Below are positions 41,701-55,206 of a stretch of 64,000 nucleotides of DNA, one piece after another. Source of the stretch: Octopus sinensis. Taxonomy: Eukaryota. The DNA is taken from NCBI RefSeq assembly GCF_006345805.1, contig NC_043005.1, forward strand, positions 95,728,001 to 95,792,000, read 5' to 3'. Position 1 is the stretch's first letter; the number at the start of each line of letters is the position of its first letter. The position numbers and the translations under genes were made by a program. Below the pieces are notes generated by a model that saw nothing but the letters and a program-made list of their open reading frames with translations, ran no database searches and had not been told where the DNA came from.

Positions 41701-44460
41701 CCAATAATTATGTTGATGCTTTGTTATCTTTGTAATTTTGTGCTGCTGATTTATTTCAGAAGTGCTTTTGCTGCCCTGCATCACTCCACCTCAATCAGTA
41801 TTAGGACTCCTGTGAATTATGGTTTGTTTGTCTTCAGAAATGCCATACCAGTCTTTATCACAAATCAATAACTTGCAAAACTAGCTCTATTCTATCTAGA
41901 ATAGCGTTGAAGTAGTCTTCAAAATATTGATACATTATTGACCTCTCCTCTTCTTGTGTTGCTTAACTATCAAACTGTGTACCCCATTCCACCCAGGTCT
42001 ACCTGATCTCCCCATCTCCCCTTCTCCTACCACTCTCACTGTGTTTCATTCAAACCTTGTAAAAAACAACTTTGCTCAGTCCTTTCTTCACAGAATTGCC
42101 ATCCTCTACAATTTTCTCTCCACTTAACACTCTCGTAAAGATTGACCTACCACATGTTCTATCTAAACAAGCATTCTAGAAGATCAAATAAAGAAGGTCA
42201 TGGGCACCTATTTCTCTTCCTGGTCTAACTTACAAAGACAATGCTGTCAGCATGTTTTAATTAGGGTTAATATAATCTCTGTTTTTATCTTCAAAATTAA
42301 GTCTTAAGCTTTAGCATCATAAAATGTTGAAGATACTGCATTTGAAGAAATGTTTAAAATATTGAATTTGGTAAAATATTGAAATATAGGCACAGCAAGG
42401 CTCTGGTGTAAGAAATTTGCTTCTCAACCACATGGTTCTGGATTCAGTACTGCTGTATGGCACCTTAGGCAAGTGTTTTCTATTGCAGCACCTGAGTAGT
42501 AACGGTAAAGTTACCTTTTTGAGTCATATCGACTCGTAAGGGCCAGTTTCATGGCATATACATTCCCCACCTGGGTGGGATGCTGTCCATTGCAGGATTA
42601 CTTATTTTTGCCAACTGCATGGATTGGAGCAACGTAAAATGAAGTGTTTTACTCAAGAATACATAATGTTGCCCGGTCTAGGAATTGAAACCACAGTCTT
42701 ACGATCATGAGCCTGATACCCTAACCCCTAAGCCACAAGCCTCCACAATCCCTGAGTGCTAAAGAGTTGAAATAGTAGGAATGTAATTTGAGGGATATTT
42801 AGCTACTATTTTCAGTAGGTCATTATCTCCGCTGTCCTCAATTATTTTGTCTTGAGTTAAGAATTGATATTTCATTATGCTAGTTCTTCAAAGCACTGAT
42901 TTGTGATTATGATGATGAGCAAGCAACCAAATCCACCCAGAATTCCATTTCCAGAACTTTGTCCTCTTGGTTATTTTCCCAGAAACATTTTCTCCAATTC
43001 TCATCCTCAATCTGTTGTAAATCAAGTTAGCTACTCCTTTATTTTTCTCACATCCTGTTTTTAAATCTGAGATTGCAATTTATATTTGTATTTCAAATCT
43101 GCATTCATTTCATCATCATCATCATATGTCTGTTTTACATGCTGGCTGGCTTGGGTCATTTGACAGGATCCGGTGAGCAGCAGGGCTGCATCAGTCCCCA
43201 TGTCAGCTTTGGCATAGTTTCTACTGCTGGATGCCCTACCTAACACCATAATAGTCGCATTATCTTTTATCTTGCTTTTTTGTTGTTTTTTATAACTTGT
43301 TCCACTCATTAGACTGTGGCCATACTGGGGCACTAACTTGAATTTTTAGTTGAATGACTTGACCCTAATACTTTTTTTTTTAAGCCTAGTACTTGTTCTA
43401 TCTGTTTTAAGTACTGGGGTTAATTTGACTAAAACTCATGGTGGTGCCCCAGTATGGTCGCAGTCTAATGACTGAAACAACTTTATGATTACAGATATTT
43501 TCACTTCTTGAATATTAAATGCCTTTTGATTATATTACTTTGTTATTTTAATACGCAGACATGAATTAGCTCTTAGTTTTTATCTCTTGTTATTTCTACT
43601 TTTTAATCCTTTCTATTGTAATTAGGTATAAATGAAGTTGTTTGTTGCTCAATGATCATTTCCCTGTATATTTTCGATCTGCTGATAACACTTTAGATTG
43701 AAAACTTTGAACTCACATTCAGTTAGGTTTCTGATGATAAAAAGTTTCAGCTACCTGGGCCATACATAGAACGCTATTACTGATAAGAAAGTCCAGTGAA
43801 ATATTAAGTAGATTGACAATAGGGTACCTGAAATTTAGTTTACAGAAAATCATGAACTCTACACTTTATTGACATAAAAATCAAATTTTCAATGAGATTT
43901 ACAGTATCAGCTTTTTCTTTTAATTTTATTTTATATATTTATTTATTTATTGTTCTATCTTTGCTACCCAATTCCCAATTAGAACTTATCCAGGCCAAAC
44001 TCATTTTATGTATATTGGATTTATGTCTTAGATTTACAATTACAATCAGCCTCTCTTTCACTTTATTTTTCTGGTGCCTATTTGTTCTCCATCCCCACCT
44101 GAACTTTTTCCTGCTTGCTTTTCCTACATTGTTAGTGAACTCAAAATCTTGTTCTACTGTTTTGTTTATTTGTTAGTTTTGTGTTTAAATTAGTATAGAA
44201 GATTTGATTTCTATCTGTTTAAAAAAATGTGATTGATAAGATGCAGTTACTGATTATGGAGTCTATAGTTTCAAATCATCTCCATCCAGATGTGTTTAGA
44301 TTGCAACAATTCCATTGAATCTACAACTATTATGGCATCACATGAGAGAAAATCCCACCCTTACACATAATTTGATTTCTTTCACTTAAAAAAGCAACCA
44401 GACAGATGAATATATTTTGGTTGACTATGTAATATATATTGCGCAGTCAGCTGTGATACA

Positions 44461-45718
44461 TCAGGTCATCCCATAAGTACTGTCCAAATTTTGAATAAAG
44501 GAAACAAGTGATCAAATGTTATATTTAATTAAAATTTAATCATCAATGTACTTTCCCTGATTATCTATGACTTCCTTCCATCTATTTACAAGCTTTTTAA
44601 TCCCATCAATGTAAAACTCTTTTGGTTTTGAAAGTGAAGAGCTCTGAAATGCCAGTTTCGACCTCCTCCTAGCTTGCAAAAGTTATATTCCCTAAATGAT
44701 TCTGTAAACTACGAAACAAATGGTAGTCTGAAGGAGCAAGGTCAGGAGAATAAGATGGATGAGGAATTTTTTCCCAACCAAGATCTTTGATCTTCTGTGA
44801 TGTGATCTTTGCAGTGTGGGGTTGCGCATTGTCCTGATGAAACATCACTCCTTTTCGATTCACTAAAGCTGGTCTTTTTTTCTTCAAAGCTTGGTTCAAA
44901 TGCTCTAATTGCTGACAGTAGACTTGAGCATTGATTGTTGCATTAGGTGGTAACAATTCAAAGTGAATTACTCCTTTGCAATCCTACCAGACAGAGAGAA
45001 GAATATTTTTCCCCATGAAGTTCCCTTCTCAGTTGTGGTTGAGCTTTTTCCCTTTTACCAAGCCACTGTTTACGGCATTTAACATTTCAATCGAAGATTC
45101 ATTTTTCATCACAAGTCTATCCAAAAAGGGTGAAATGAGTTCGCAAGAATGGAGAGAAGAGCAGATGTCAACTCAGGATTTGCAGTTGCTTTTGGACAAT
45201 TCATGAGGCACCCATTTTCCAAGTTTAGGAACCTTTCCAAGTTGTTGAAGATGGCGATGAACAGTTGTATGGTTTGAACTAAGCTTTATTGCCAATCCTT
45301 TAACTGATAATACAGCATTTCTTCAAGTAATGCCTCAAGGAGCTTATCATCAAACTCAACTGGACGTCCTGTTCAATCTTCATCTTCAAGGCTGAAATCT
45401 CCACTTCTGAATTTTGCAAACCATCTTCTGCAAGTTCTTTCATTCAAGCATTCTTTCCCATAAACTGAGTGTATGTTTTGAGTTGCTTCGGCTGCAGAGT
45501 TTCCTTTTTTGTACTCATAAAGCATTATGTGCCTTTCTAACATGGAAGTATCCAAAGAAATTTTAATTCTATTATTCTTTAAAATAATATTTAATTAGTT
45601 TAAATGTACACAAATGCATAAAAATAATTTTTTATTCCATTAGACATTCTAAAATACTATTAAATTTCATTCAGTTTTAAAAACGCTAAAATCAGACAGA
45701 ACTTATGGGATGACCTTA
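44461..45718 (-). mobile_element. mariner DNA transposon, full length (about 1.26 kb), transposase inactivated (about 44536-45555)
   Basis: TIR aggtcatcccataagt at both ends; right flank TA, left CA. Translation includes RHIMLYEYKKG..AAEA, CRRWFAKFRSGDFSLED, FHQDNAQPH and YSPDLAPSDYHLFRSLQNHL (D,D34D type). Frameshifts present. Confidence 0.95.
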
Positions 45719-45726
45719 TATATATA

Positions 45727-45798
<72 letters not shown>

Positions 45799-45909
45799 AT
45801 ATTTATATATGTGTGTGTGTATATTATATATGTGTGTGTGTATATTTATATATATGTGTGTGTATATTTATATATATGTGTGTGTGTGTCTGTGTATATA
45901 CAGATAAAT

Positions 45910-46707
45910 AAATAAATGGAGTTAAATGCAGATGTTCTTGAAATTCTTTTACTTCAGCCATATGTTTCAAAGACACCATTGGTATTATTCCAGAAGGAAT
46001 AAAATGGTGTAAAACAATGCAACCTCATCAGGGAAAGAAAGAAACCAAACCCATCAATAACACATTTTAACAGAATGTGATGACTGTGTATAATGATGAA
46101 AGGAATGTTATTAAGTTTTTTTTTATAAAAAACTGTTAGTAGATATAACGTCAAAGGTAGCATATAGAAAGAGGTGGAGGAGGAGAAGGAAATAAATTAG
46201 CAGAAAACTAATAGTGGAAAAATATAGAGCGATGGGTGAATTAGAATAAAGCTTAAAAGCTTTAGTTCCTATAAGTGATTTCTAGCATTCTGTATAATTT
46301 GATCTTTGATTGTCTTCTTACATTTCACTTCATCATCATCTTCTACTAAATATATCTAATTCCATGCTTCTAAGCTTTATTCTAATTCACCCATCGCTCT
46401 ATATTTTTCCACTATTAGTTTTCTTCTAATTTTTTTCCTCCTTCTCCTTCTATTTGCTAACTTTGACGTTATATCTACTAACGGTTTTAAAAAAAACAAC
46501 TTAATAGCGTTCCCATCATCAAATACTCAATCATCACATTCTGTTAAAATGTCTTATTGATGTGTTTGGTTTCTTTCTTTACCCGATAAGAAAATTACAT
46601 TGTTTTACACCATTTTATTCCTTCTGGAATAATACCAATGTTGTCTTTGAAACATATGTCGGAAGTACAAGAATTTGAATAACACCTGCATTTCACTCCA
46701 TTTATTT
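45910..46707. repeat. Foldback (long imperfect inverted repeat), copy 1
   Basis: Arms about 45910-46260 and 46366-46707, loop about 105 nt. Includes perfect 54-bp and 43-bp paired blocks. Confidence 0.93.
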
Positions 46708-46717
46708 GTCTATATTA

Positions 46718-46761
<44 letters not shown>

Positions 46762-46865
46762 ATACATACATACATACATACATACATACATACATACATA
46801 CATTCGCCATGATGGATCACTAGCCACTGCACATTCTTTATTTTCTCTCCCTGTTTCTTTGTGTT

Positions 46866-46903
46866 CCTTTCTGTGGAAGAGCGTAGGCTCGAAACGTTAA
46901 AGG
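46866..46903 (+). ncRNA. Minimal hammerhead-like motif, variant core
   Basis: CCTTT-CTGTGGA-A-GAGC-gtag-GCTC-GAAA-CGT-T-AAAGG. Stem I covaries relative to the 18287 and 58495 copies. Confidence 0.65.
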
Positions 46904-46995
46904 CTTTTTCACTTCCTGAGCGTTAAACTAATACATCTGTTTGTTGTCTACACCACCTGTCTTTGTTGGGTTTTTTTTGTGAATTTTCCTTATAA

Positions 46996-47064
<69 letters not shown>

Positions 47065-47170
47065 TATATATATGTGTGTGTGTATATTTATATATGTGTG
47101 TGTGTATATTTATATATATGTGTGTGTATATTATATATGTGTGTGTGTGTCTGTGTATATACAGATAAAT

Positions 47171-47968
47171 AAATAAATGGAGTTAAATGCAGATGTTCTT
47201 GAAATTCTTTTACTTCAGCCATATGTTTCAAAGACACCATTGGTATTATTCCAGAAGGAATAAAATGGTGTAAAACAATGCAACCTCATCAGGGAAAGAA
47301 AGAAACCAAACCCATCAATAACACATTTTAACAGAATGTGATGACTGTGTATAATGATGAAAGGAATGTTATTAAGTTTTTTTTTATAAAAAACTGTTAG
47401 TAGATATAACGTCAAAGGTAGCATATAGAAAGAGGTGGAGGAGGAGAAGGAAATAAATTAGCAGAAAACTAATAGTGGAAAAATATAGAGCGATGGGTGA
47501 ATTAGAATAAAGCTTAAAAGCTTTAGTTCCTATAAGTGATTTCTAGCATTCTGTATAATTTGATCTTTGATTGTCTTCTTACATTTCACTTCATCATCAT
47601 CTTCTACTAAATATATCTAATTCCATGCTTCTAAGCTTTATTCTAATTCACCCATCGCTCTATATTTTTCCACTATTAGTTTTCTTCTAATTTTTTTCCT
47701 CCTTCTCCTTCTATTTGCTAACTTTGACGTTATATCTACTAACGGTTTAAAAAAAAACAACTTAATAGCGTTCCCATCATCAAATACTCAATCATCACAT
47801 TCTGTTAAAATGTCTTATTGATGTGTTTGGTTTCTTTCTTTCCCCGATAAGAAAATTACATTGTTTTACACCATTTTATTCCTTCTGGAATAATACCAAT
47901 GTTGTCTTTGAAACATATGTCGGAAGTACAAGAATTTGAATAACACCTGCATTTCACTCCATTTATTT
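47171..47968. repeat. Foldback, copy 2
   Basis: Duplicate of 45910-46707. Confidence 0.93.
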
Positions 47969-48125
47969 GTCTATATTATACTATATATATATATATATAT
48001 AATATATATATATATACACACATACATACATACATACATACATACATACATACATACATACATTCGCCATGATGGATCACTAGCCACTGCACATTCTTTA
48101 TTTTCTCTCCCTGTTTCTTTGTGTT

Positions 48126-48163
48126 CCTTTCTGTGGAAGAGCGTAGGCTCGAAACGTTAAAGG
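48126..48163 (+). ncRNA. Minimal hammerhead-like motif, variant core
   Basis: Identical to 46866-46903. Confidence 0.65.
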
Positions 48164-48255
48164 CTTTTTCACTTCCTGAGCGTTAAACTAATACATCTGT
48201 TTGTTGTCTACACCACCTGTCTTTGTTGGGTTTTTTTTGTGAATTTTCCTTATAA

Positions 48256-48307
<52 letters not shown>

Positions 48308-49080
48308 CCAGCTATGTAATATTGCCTGGAGGACCTGTCTGCAATGATAATATCAAGGTTTCAACTCAGTTGTCTAGCTGTTTCAACTGTTGCAAAAATT
48401 ATGACTTTGGTGTGTAAATAATTCTGTTCTTATTGAAAATATTCTGTGTTACTATGAAAGAATTTATTCCAGCTGTAAATGCAGACCAATATTAGTTTAT
48501 TCAAGAAAATTTCTATTGCTGGAAACGATCAACTATTAAAGCATCATTTAATATTTGTTTCATTTATTTATTTATTTATAAAGTATAATTATTTTCTTGC
48601 TAAGGTCTAATTGGCAATTATGTTAAATTACTTCTCTAACTCAATTTTTAATTTCTTTTCTCAGTTAATCTGAAATATAAATGTTGCAGGAGCTCATTTA
48701 AGATTCTTTTAGATTTTAAAATAAACATCAATATTCACATAGTTTAATTACTTCAAAAGTTTTCTTTCTATTAATTCTAATCAGTTGGTTGCTAATTAGT
48801 AATTTCATTGTGAGGAATGACTTTTGTAGAAGATATTTGCTATAATCTACAAAAAACATATTTAGAGCTTTAAACTTCCCAAATGCAAAATATTGAGAAA
48901 TTTCATTAACACTAAGTAGGCTGTAAATGACTTGATCTGGCAATCAATATCATTAGTTGCTATTGTTTTGCCTATCGAATCATATTTGATCACGCAAACT
49001 TAGAATTAAAGGTGTTCAAACCATGACTAAGATGTCTTCATTTTTCAGCAATAGTGTATCCTGGACTGCAATGTCTAGTG

Positions 49081-49747
49081 CAGGCCTGGCCAACTTGAAT
49101 TACATTGCAGGACAGAAAGTTTTTTGAGGGCCATTTGTATACTGACGGAATTGAAAGCATTTTGCTTTCTCATGCTGTTATTACAATAACGAATGAATGA
49201 TCGTTGATTCAACATGAAATATCTTCATTGCAAAAACAGTAGTATCTTTCTTTTTTACTTTTCACAAATCTCTATATATATAAAGCTGAAGTTGTCTGTG
49301 TATGGCAGGTTTGGTAGCCTTTAACTGACACTATCTCCTCTGAGACCCTGCGGCGCAAGTTGACCAAAATTGAGAATATGATAGAAGAAGGCTTGCTCTT
49401 CCTTCCGTAGAAGAAAAAATTCAAATCGGACCATGTTAACACCAAAAATTATTTACATCAAAAAGGTGCTTTTTTTCTATGAAAATCCCTATTTTTTACG
49501 ATTTTTTGACTGCTGTGTCACCATTTTTCGGTGTATTTCAACCAGAAAAATGTTCACTTAAAGAGAATAACAAGCTACATAATGCAAAATTTTTACTTTT
49601 CAAAAATTCCAATTCTAAAGGGTCGAAACAAACCTGATCAATGCCGGGCAATACTGCTAGTTTTTGATAAAATTTTTTAAATGTTTGTTTAAATAAACCC
49701 ATTTCAAGAAAGCATGCAGCCTGCAAGCCTTGTGTTGGCCAGCCTTG
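49081..49747. mobile_element. hAT (Charlie-like) MITE interrupted by a Helitron
   Basis: TIRs caggcctggccaac / gttggccagccttg; 8-bp TSD gtctagtg / gtatagtg (7/8 match). Confidence 0.75.
49269..49660 (+). mobile_element. Non-autonomous Helitron, complete
   Basis: Inserted between A and T; starts TCTCTATATATATAAAG; ends with a degenerate hairpin then CTAG. Homologous to 11532-11880. Confidence 0.88.
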
Positions 49748-52134
49748 GTATAGTGCTTCATTTTTGAAAATGATAGGGTATGCTTTGTTGGGAATTTGGA
49801 TGCTACTTCAAGCAAGTCAGTTGACCATGTAGATGTTCCCCTTGCTAGCTTGTGGTCTCCAGATGTTACTTGGGACATGTGTACTTAAAATACAATCAAA
49901 AGGAAACAATGTGAAAGTATGCTTCTCTTACTAATTGTTTTTGAATTGTTGATGGTTCTAGAATGTGTTGTTGGATTAAGGTTTATTACTATTATCATTA
50001 TTGCATGTAATTCTTAATTAGTGTAGCATATTTTTAGAAAAAATAATAAAAGCCTTTGTGAGTGTGTGACTGTGATCTAATTTTAATACCACATGAAGTG
50101 AAGAGGTCAACAACAGTTATGGTATGCCTCTTCTTTGTATTGTCATACTTCATACTAAAGCCCTCAATTCTCTCGCTCTTAATTTTAAAATGGTATTAAG
50201 TATAGGAAATCATGTCAGTATTAAGCAATCTTAATTTAATTGCACATTTATTTAATTTCTTATTCCTTATTGTTTTTAGTATTTTATCTAAAAAAGAAAT
50301 CCAACATACAATTTACAATGTAACCATTTACTTTCCATAGACACAGGCATGACTCTGTGGTTAAGAAGATCACTTTGCAGCCAAGTAGTTTTGGGTCAGC
50401 CACACTGTGAGGCATCTTCGACCAGTGTCTTCTACTATAACCCCAGGCTGACCAATGTCTTGTGAGTGAATTTGTCTGGAAGCCTGTCATATATATATAT
50501 AAATAACAAAGATGTATAAGTGTCAATTCATTACAGCCATTTCAAGCGACTCCTTTAATTGATCGATAAAAGCATTACATTATTACAAAGGAAACCATTC
50601 TCATCAGATGACCGCATAGACTTCAAGCATAAAGGACAAGTTAGATATTTAAACATATTCATCAATAGAGAGCAAATATTTACAATGGTTCCACTGCTAA
50701 ATTTAAAAGGAATACCTCTTAAAGGATTATGGGTGGGATATAAGTTAAGAGAGAAATGGAGGGAGTAAGTTTTAGACTTAGTTTACTTATACCATTAAAG
50801 CAAAAGATAAATATATTGATATATAAAGGCTAGACAGAAATTTCAACTATTACTAAATAAGGGGATAACGTATAATTTAATATATGATAATATAAGATTG
50901 CAGTATATAACAAATTTTATGAAAAAGTTTAAAAATTATATATTGCCACCAGATATTTATGCTGTAAAAACTTAAAAAAGGGAAGGAAATAAAAAATCAA
51001 AACGAATTAAAATATTAACAACTATAAATATAATATGAAAAAATATAAAGAATATATATACATAACAGAATGAAAATATAAAAAATATATTAAAAAATAT
51101 GTGTAATAAAAATACATTATATATAGATGAACTGTTATACCTGTAGATTGTGGTGTTTGTAATATGTGTGTGAGTATGTGTGTTTAAATACATATAACAT
51201 CTTAATAAAATATTACTGTCACTATTTAAACCAAACTGACAGGACCAAGTGACATATCTTTTTTTAAATGTTATATAATTCTATTTACTGAGTTATAACC
51301 TATTAACTTATTGGCTTCCGCAACCCAACTGCTCACACTCTTGAGCTACAACCCAAGCATCTCATTCCATGTTTTCCTTCCACAGCCTCATCTTGCCCCT
51401 GTGCCGGTGGCACGTAAAACGCACCCACTACACTCTTGGAGTGGTTGGCGTTAGGAAGGGCATCCAGCTGTAGAAACACTGCCAGATCAGACTGGAGCCT
51501 GGTGCAGCCTCCTGGTTTCCCTGACCCCGGTCGAACTGTCCAACCCATGCTAGCACAGAAAACGGATGTTAAACGATGATGATGATTCTATTTGTGGACT
51601 CTCCTGTTGTAGATGACAGGTGAGTGTTCTGCAGTTCCTTGCTGAACAACCTGCTCTGAAGATCTGTTTATAGCAATCAAATGTTTGTGCCGTACATTGG
51701 TTCACTCCTTCCATCAAATCAATATTACCTGTGCAGGTGCATGGTGTGCTGCACATCATATATCAAAGTGATCACAGAGTAATGTGAGATGGAGTGTTTG
51801 GCTCAAGAACACAATGCACTGCCTAGTCTGAGAATCAAACCCACAATCTCACAGTCATAAGTGCAACAACCTAACCAAATGCCCTCGTATTTTAGTGCAG
51901 CTCATATAACTGGTACAGTGTAACTACTACACATTCTTTTTCAAAAAAAAATAAAATAGCTCTCTGCTTATCTTAGCATGCCAGCTGCATATATCGCATT
52001 CAAACCTATTCATCACATCAGCTTTTCCTCCTTTCATGACCTTCCTCAAATTACAGTCTTCCACAACCAATGTTTTCTTCAAACAGCCACTACATCAATT
52101 TGATAAAACTTACTAGAAGATGGGCTCTTCTTAA

Positions 52135-52354
52135 CCCTTTCAGTACCAACCCGGCTGAAACCGGCTCTTGCTTTGAGTACAAATGTCTTGTTTTCATAAG
52201 TTTTGAATTAAAATCTTCCACCAAACCTTAGTCACAATTTATGTTCCTAACACTTGTTGAATGATAACTAAGTTATTTTACTAAATTCTTTGTTATATTT
52301 AACATAATTCAAAGAAACACAGAATATCTCAAAATAGATACGGTATCGAAAGGG
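52135..52354. mobile_element. piggyBac-type MITE (220 bp)
   Basis: TTAA on both sides; TIRs ccctttcagtacc / ggtatcgaaaggg. Confidence 0.8.
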
Positions 52355-54095
52355 TTAATGAAAGTGTTCATAGGAAAGGTGCATCAGTTCAATTGTTATG
52401 GGTAGTACTAAATCTAATGGGTCTTATCTTTCATCTGAAAGTGAAGAACAGAAAGTGTTATAGTTGTTGCTCATGCTGTCAGCAAGTAAATGTCTACATT
52501 CCAAGCTACAGCATTATTCTTTCTGTTTTCACTCTCAAAGTGCGAGTAACTCGGGTCTATCAAATTCTTTCAGCCAAACATCATCGACACAGACCATCAC
52601 CAGTTTCCTTGGATTCTGGATTTCACTCTAACTAAAACGAAGCTGCTGTTTATAGATTTTACAACAAAATACAATCTTCACAATGATTCAGTGCAATGAA
52701 TGTCAAGGATTTATGTTACTATCATTTTAATGTATAGTTAATACCTCTCAGGTCACTCATTGCATTATTTGTAATCTATTTCCATCTGTCTGTCCGGTCT
52801 GTCAATTTGTCTGGACCAATTCAATTCTTCCACACCAAATGTCTTAATCTTCCATAGCAGTCTTCATATCCTCAACTTGATATTCAGTGCCTTCCTCAAG
52901 TTGATCGATATATGCTCTTCTTAGGCTGGCAAGGTAGCGGAACTGTCAGCACACCGGGCAAAATATTTAGCAGCATTTTGTCCATCTTTCTTCTTTCTCT
53001 TATTATTGAGCTGATCGTAGAAAGACTACCGTACATAACACTGCTTCAGTTCCAAGCAAATCTATGAATATGACATACTGCTATTAGAACATCATCATTT
53101 CTTAATGAGTCCACATCTGCATTGTTAGGTGTGTCTTAGCTCTGTGAGAAGTACTTTTAGCATTAGTAAACAACATTTAAGACTCCTTACTTAGTTGAGA
53201 TCAATGATCGGTGTCTATTATTGAAAGCAAAATTATTCCTTTTCTTCCATCAGTCTGATATCACTTTATATAACAAACATCAAATGTGTGCAGAAAGAAA
53301 AAAAAGACAAAACAAAAAACCCTACCTGAACATGAATTTCAATCTATACTGTTCAAGAAATCTATGTAACATGCAAACTTTATTTTATTTTATTTTATTT
53401 ATTTATTTTGCATGTATCTAGATTAAATTGCAGACTAAGTTTTGCATAGAATTAACAAGTCTTTTTATTCTGATATTCTATACATCTATTGTGAGGAATT
53501 CTTGCTTTTGAGATTGAAGATTACTTAGATCCTAATGTTTTTTTGTTTTTTATATTTCCTTAGTTTTTGCTCTGTTGTTACAACCTGCATGATCTTTGAT
53601 TATCTCAGATTTTTCAAATAAAGATGTCACTCATTATTGGGAATAATTAATTAATAGAATCACAAAAGAAAATTATAAACATGAGAGCAATGGTTTTCAA
53701 TCTAGAATTTATAAAAGACATTCTGAGATTGTAAATTGTTATTTGTTGCAGTCTGTTTTTAATTGTAAAACAATTTTTTTTTTTTTTGATATGTAAAATT
53801 TTATTATAGATATAGACTGACATTCTTCAGATTTTAGTCACATGTTGGAATACATTTTCTCTCTCTCACCGCTCTCTCCCCCGTTAATAAAGAGCTAAAA
53901 ACCTTCAACTTATTAACGAATAGCTTTTACAGCTCATTCTTTCTTTGCCTTCTTAAAGGAAATAATTTGTACAAACTGATGTTTTTCTCAATTCATCATT
54001 TCTATAAAAGTTGTCACTAACTGTCCAGTATTGTGGTATTTTCATAGCAACAACTGTGCTTACTGTGCTATTTATTATTTTTTTTAATAGAAAGG

Positions 54096-54129
<34 letters not shown>

Positions 54130-54828
54130 GTTGTTTTCTTTTCTTTCTTTTTTTTTACAAAGATCTTGTATGCCACTTCTAAGCCATAGAAAATCAATAT
54201 CGCCTATCGTTAGTGTTGTTTCTATGTTTACATCATTTCCTCATCTCTTTCTATTCAACAATCCATGTTACAATTTTAAGCTTGGTTTCATTATAATATT
54301 TTCTTATTTTTTAATTTTATTTTACTCTTACTTATTATTATGTAAGTCTAGCCATTTTTTCTTTTTTTTTTCGAATTCTGAAATGAGTTTTCGCTTAGTT
54401 GTCTGGTGTACTTCAATTTAAAATTTAAAAAAATTATCATTTTTTTTTTTTACTTTGCACTGAACTGTTATTTATTTATGTTACTTATTGTTAAAATTCT
54501 GTTGCAAAGTTCCGATCATACTTTTTCTATATATTATTATTACCATAGAATTATTTAATTTGGTCTTAAGTGGGGTTTTTTCCCTCATCTCGACCTCATT
54601 GCCTACTTAGAACTTCCATTTGACAAGTATTGCTTTCATGAAAATACAGTGGTTGGTATATAATGTATGGCCCAGTTAAAATTACAAGACTTAAGTTATC
54701 ACTTGTCTTAACTATGTCACTTGACTGCATTTATGTTATGCATATAGTAAAATGGTTTTTGCAGAGCTGCTCTATTTTCAGATGTATTGATTACTTTTAG
54801 TCTTGCCAACTGAGTAAAATATGATTCA

Positions 54829-54858
54829 CTGAAGAGGTGTAATGAGACCGAAACATGC
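54829..54858 (+). ncRNA. Hammerhead-like core with canonical CUGANGA/GAAA but degenerate stems I and III
   Basis: CTGAAGA-GGT-gtaatgag-ACC-GAAAC-ATGC. Upstream tcttgccaa.tga context is shared with the 16439 motif. Confidence 0.45.
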
Positions 54859-55175
54859 TTGTTATTTTTACCCATTGACTTTATAAAACAGATCCATTCT
54901 AATTCTTTAATCTCACTGGTGTTATATCCTTTGTGTGCTGCTTATCTCCCAGAGAAATTTTGCACCTACCAATTACTTTCATCGTTTATTTTTTTCAGTC
55001 ATTGGATGGTAGCCATGCTGGGGCATTGCCTTGGAGGGTTTAGTCAAACAAATTGACCCTAGTACTTAATTTTTAAGTCTGGTCCTTATTCTATCAGTCT
55101 CTTTTACTGAACACTAAGATACAGGGAGGTAAACAAACTTCCACTGGTTATGAATAGATGGAACAAATGCACATG

Positions 55176-55206
<31 letters not shown>

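Larger units (their letters stand above)
45730..48303. repeat. Direct tandem duplication, unit about 1260-1261 bp, two copies
   Basis: 45901 repeats at 47162 and 46866 at 48126. About two substitutions seen outside the microsatellites. Units are bounded by (TA)n tracts. Confidence 0.95.

Noticed and set aside
41500-42180. Possible very old LINE 3' remnant (also 40780-41040 and 50530-50870)
   Set aside because: Only faint motif resemblance; too decayed to support a call by eye.
45730-48303. CRISPR array or prokaryotic system
   Set aside because: Eukaryotic context; no repeat-spacer periodicity or cas genes anywhere in the window.
52108-52130. agatgggct (RWA) as SMAP exon 2
   Set aside because: Wrong phase after the nearest AG, and not followed by SWN.G.F.CIRC. 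Other gatgggct hits lie in SINEs.
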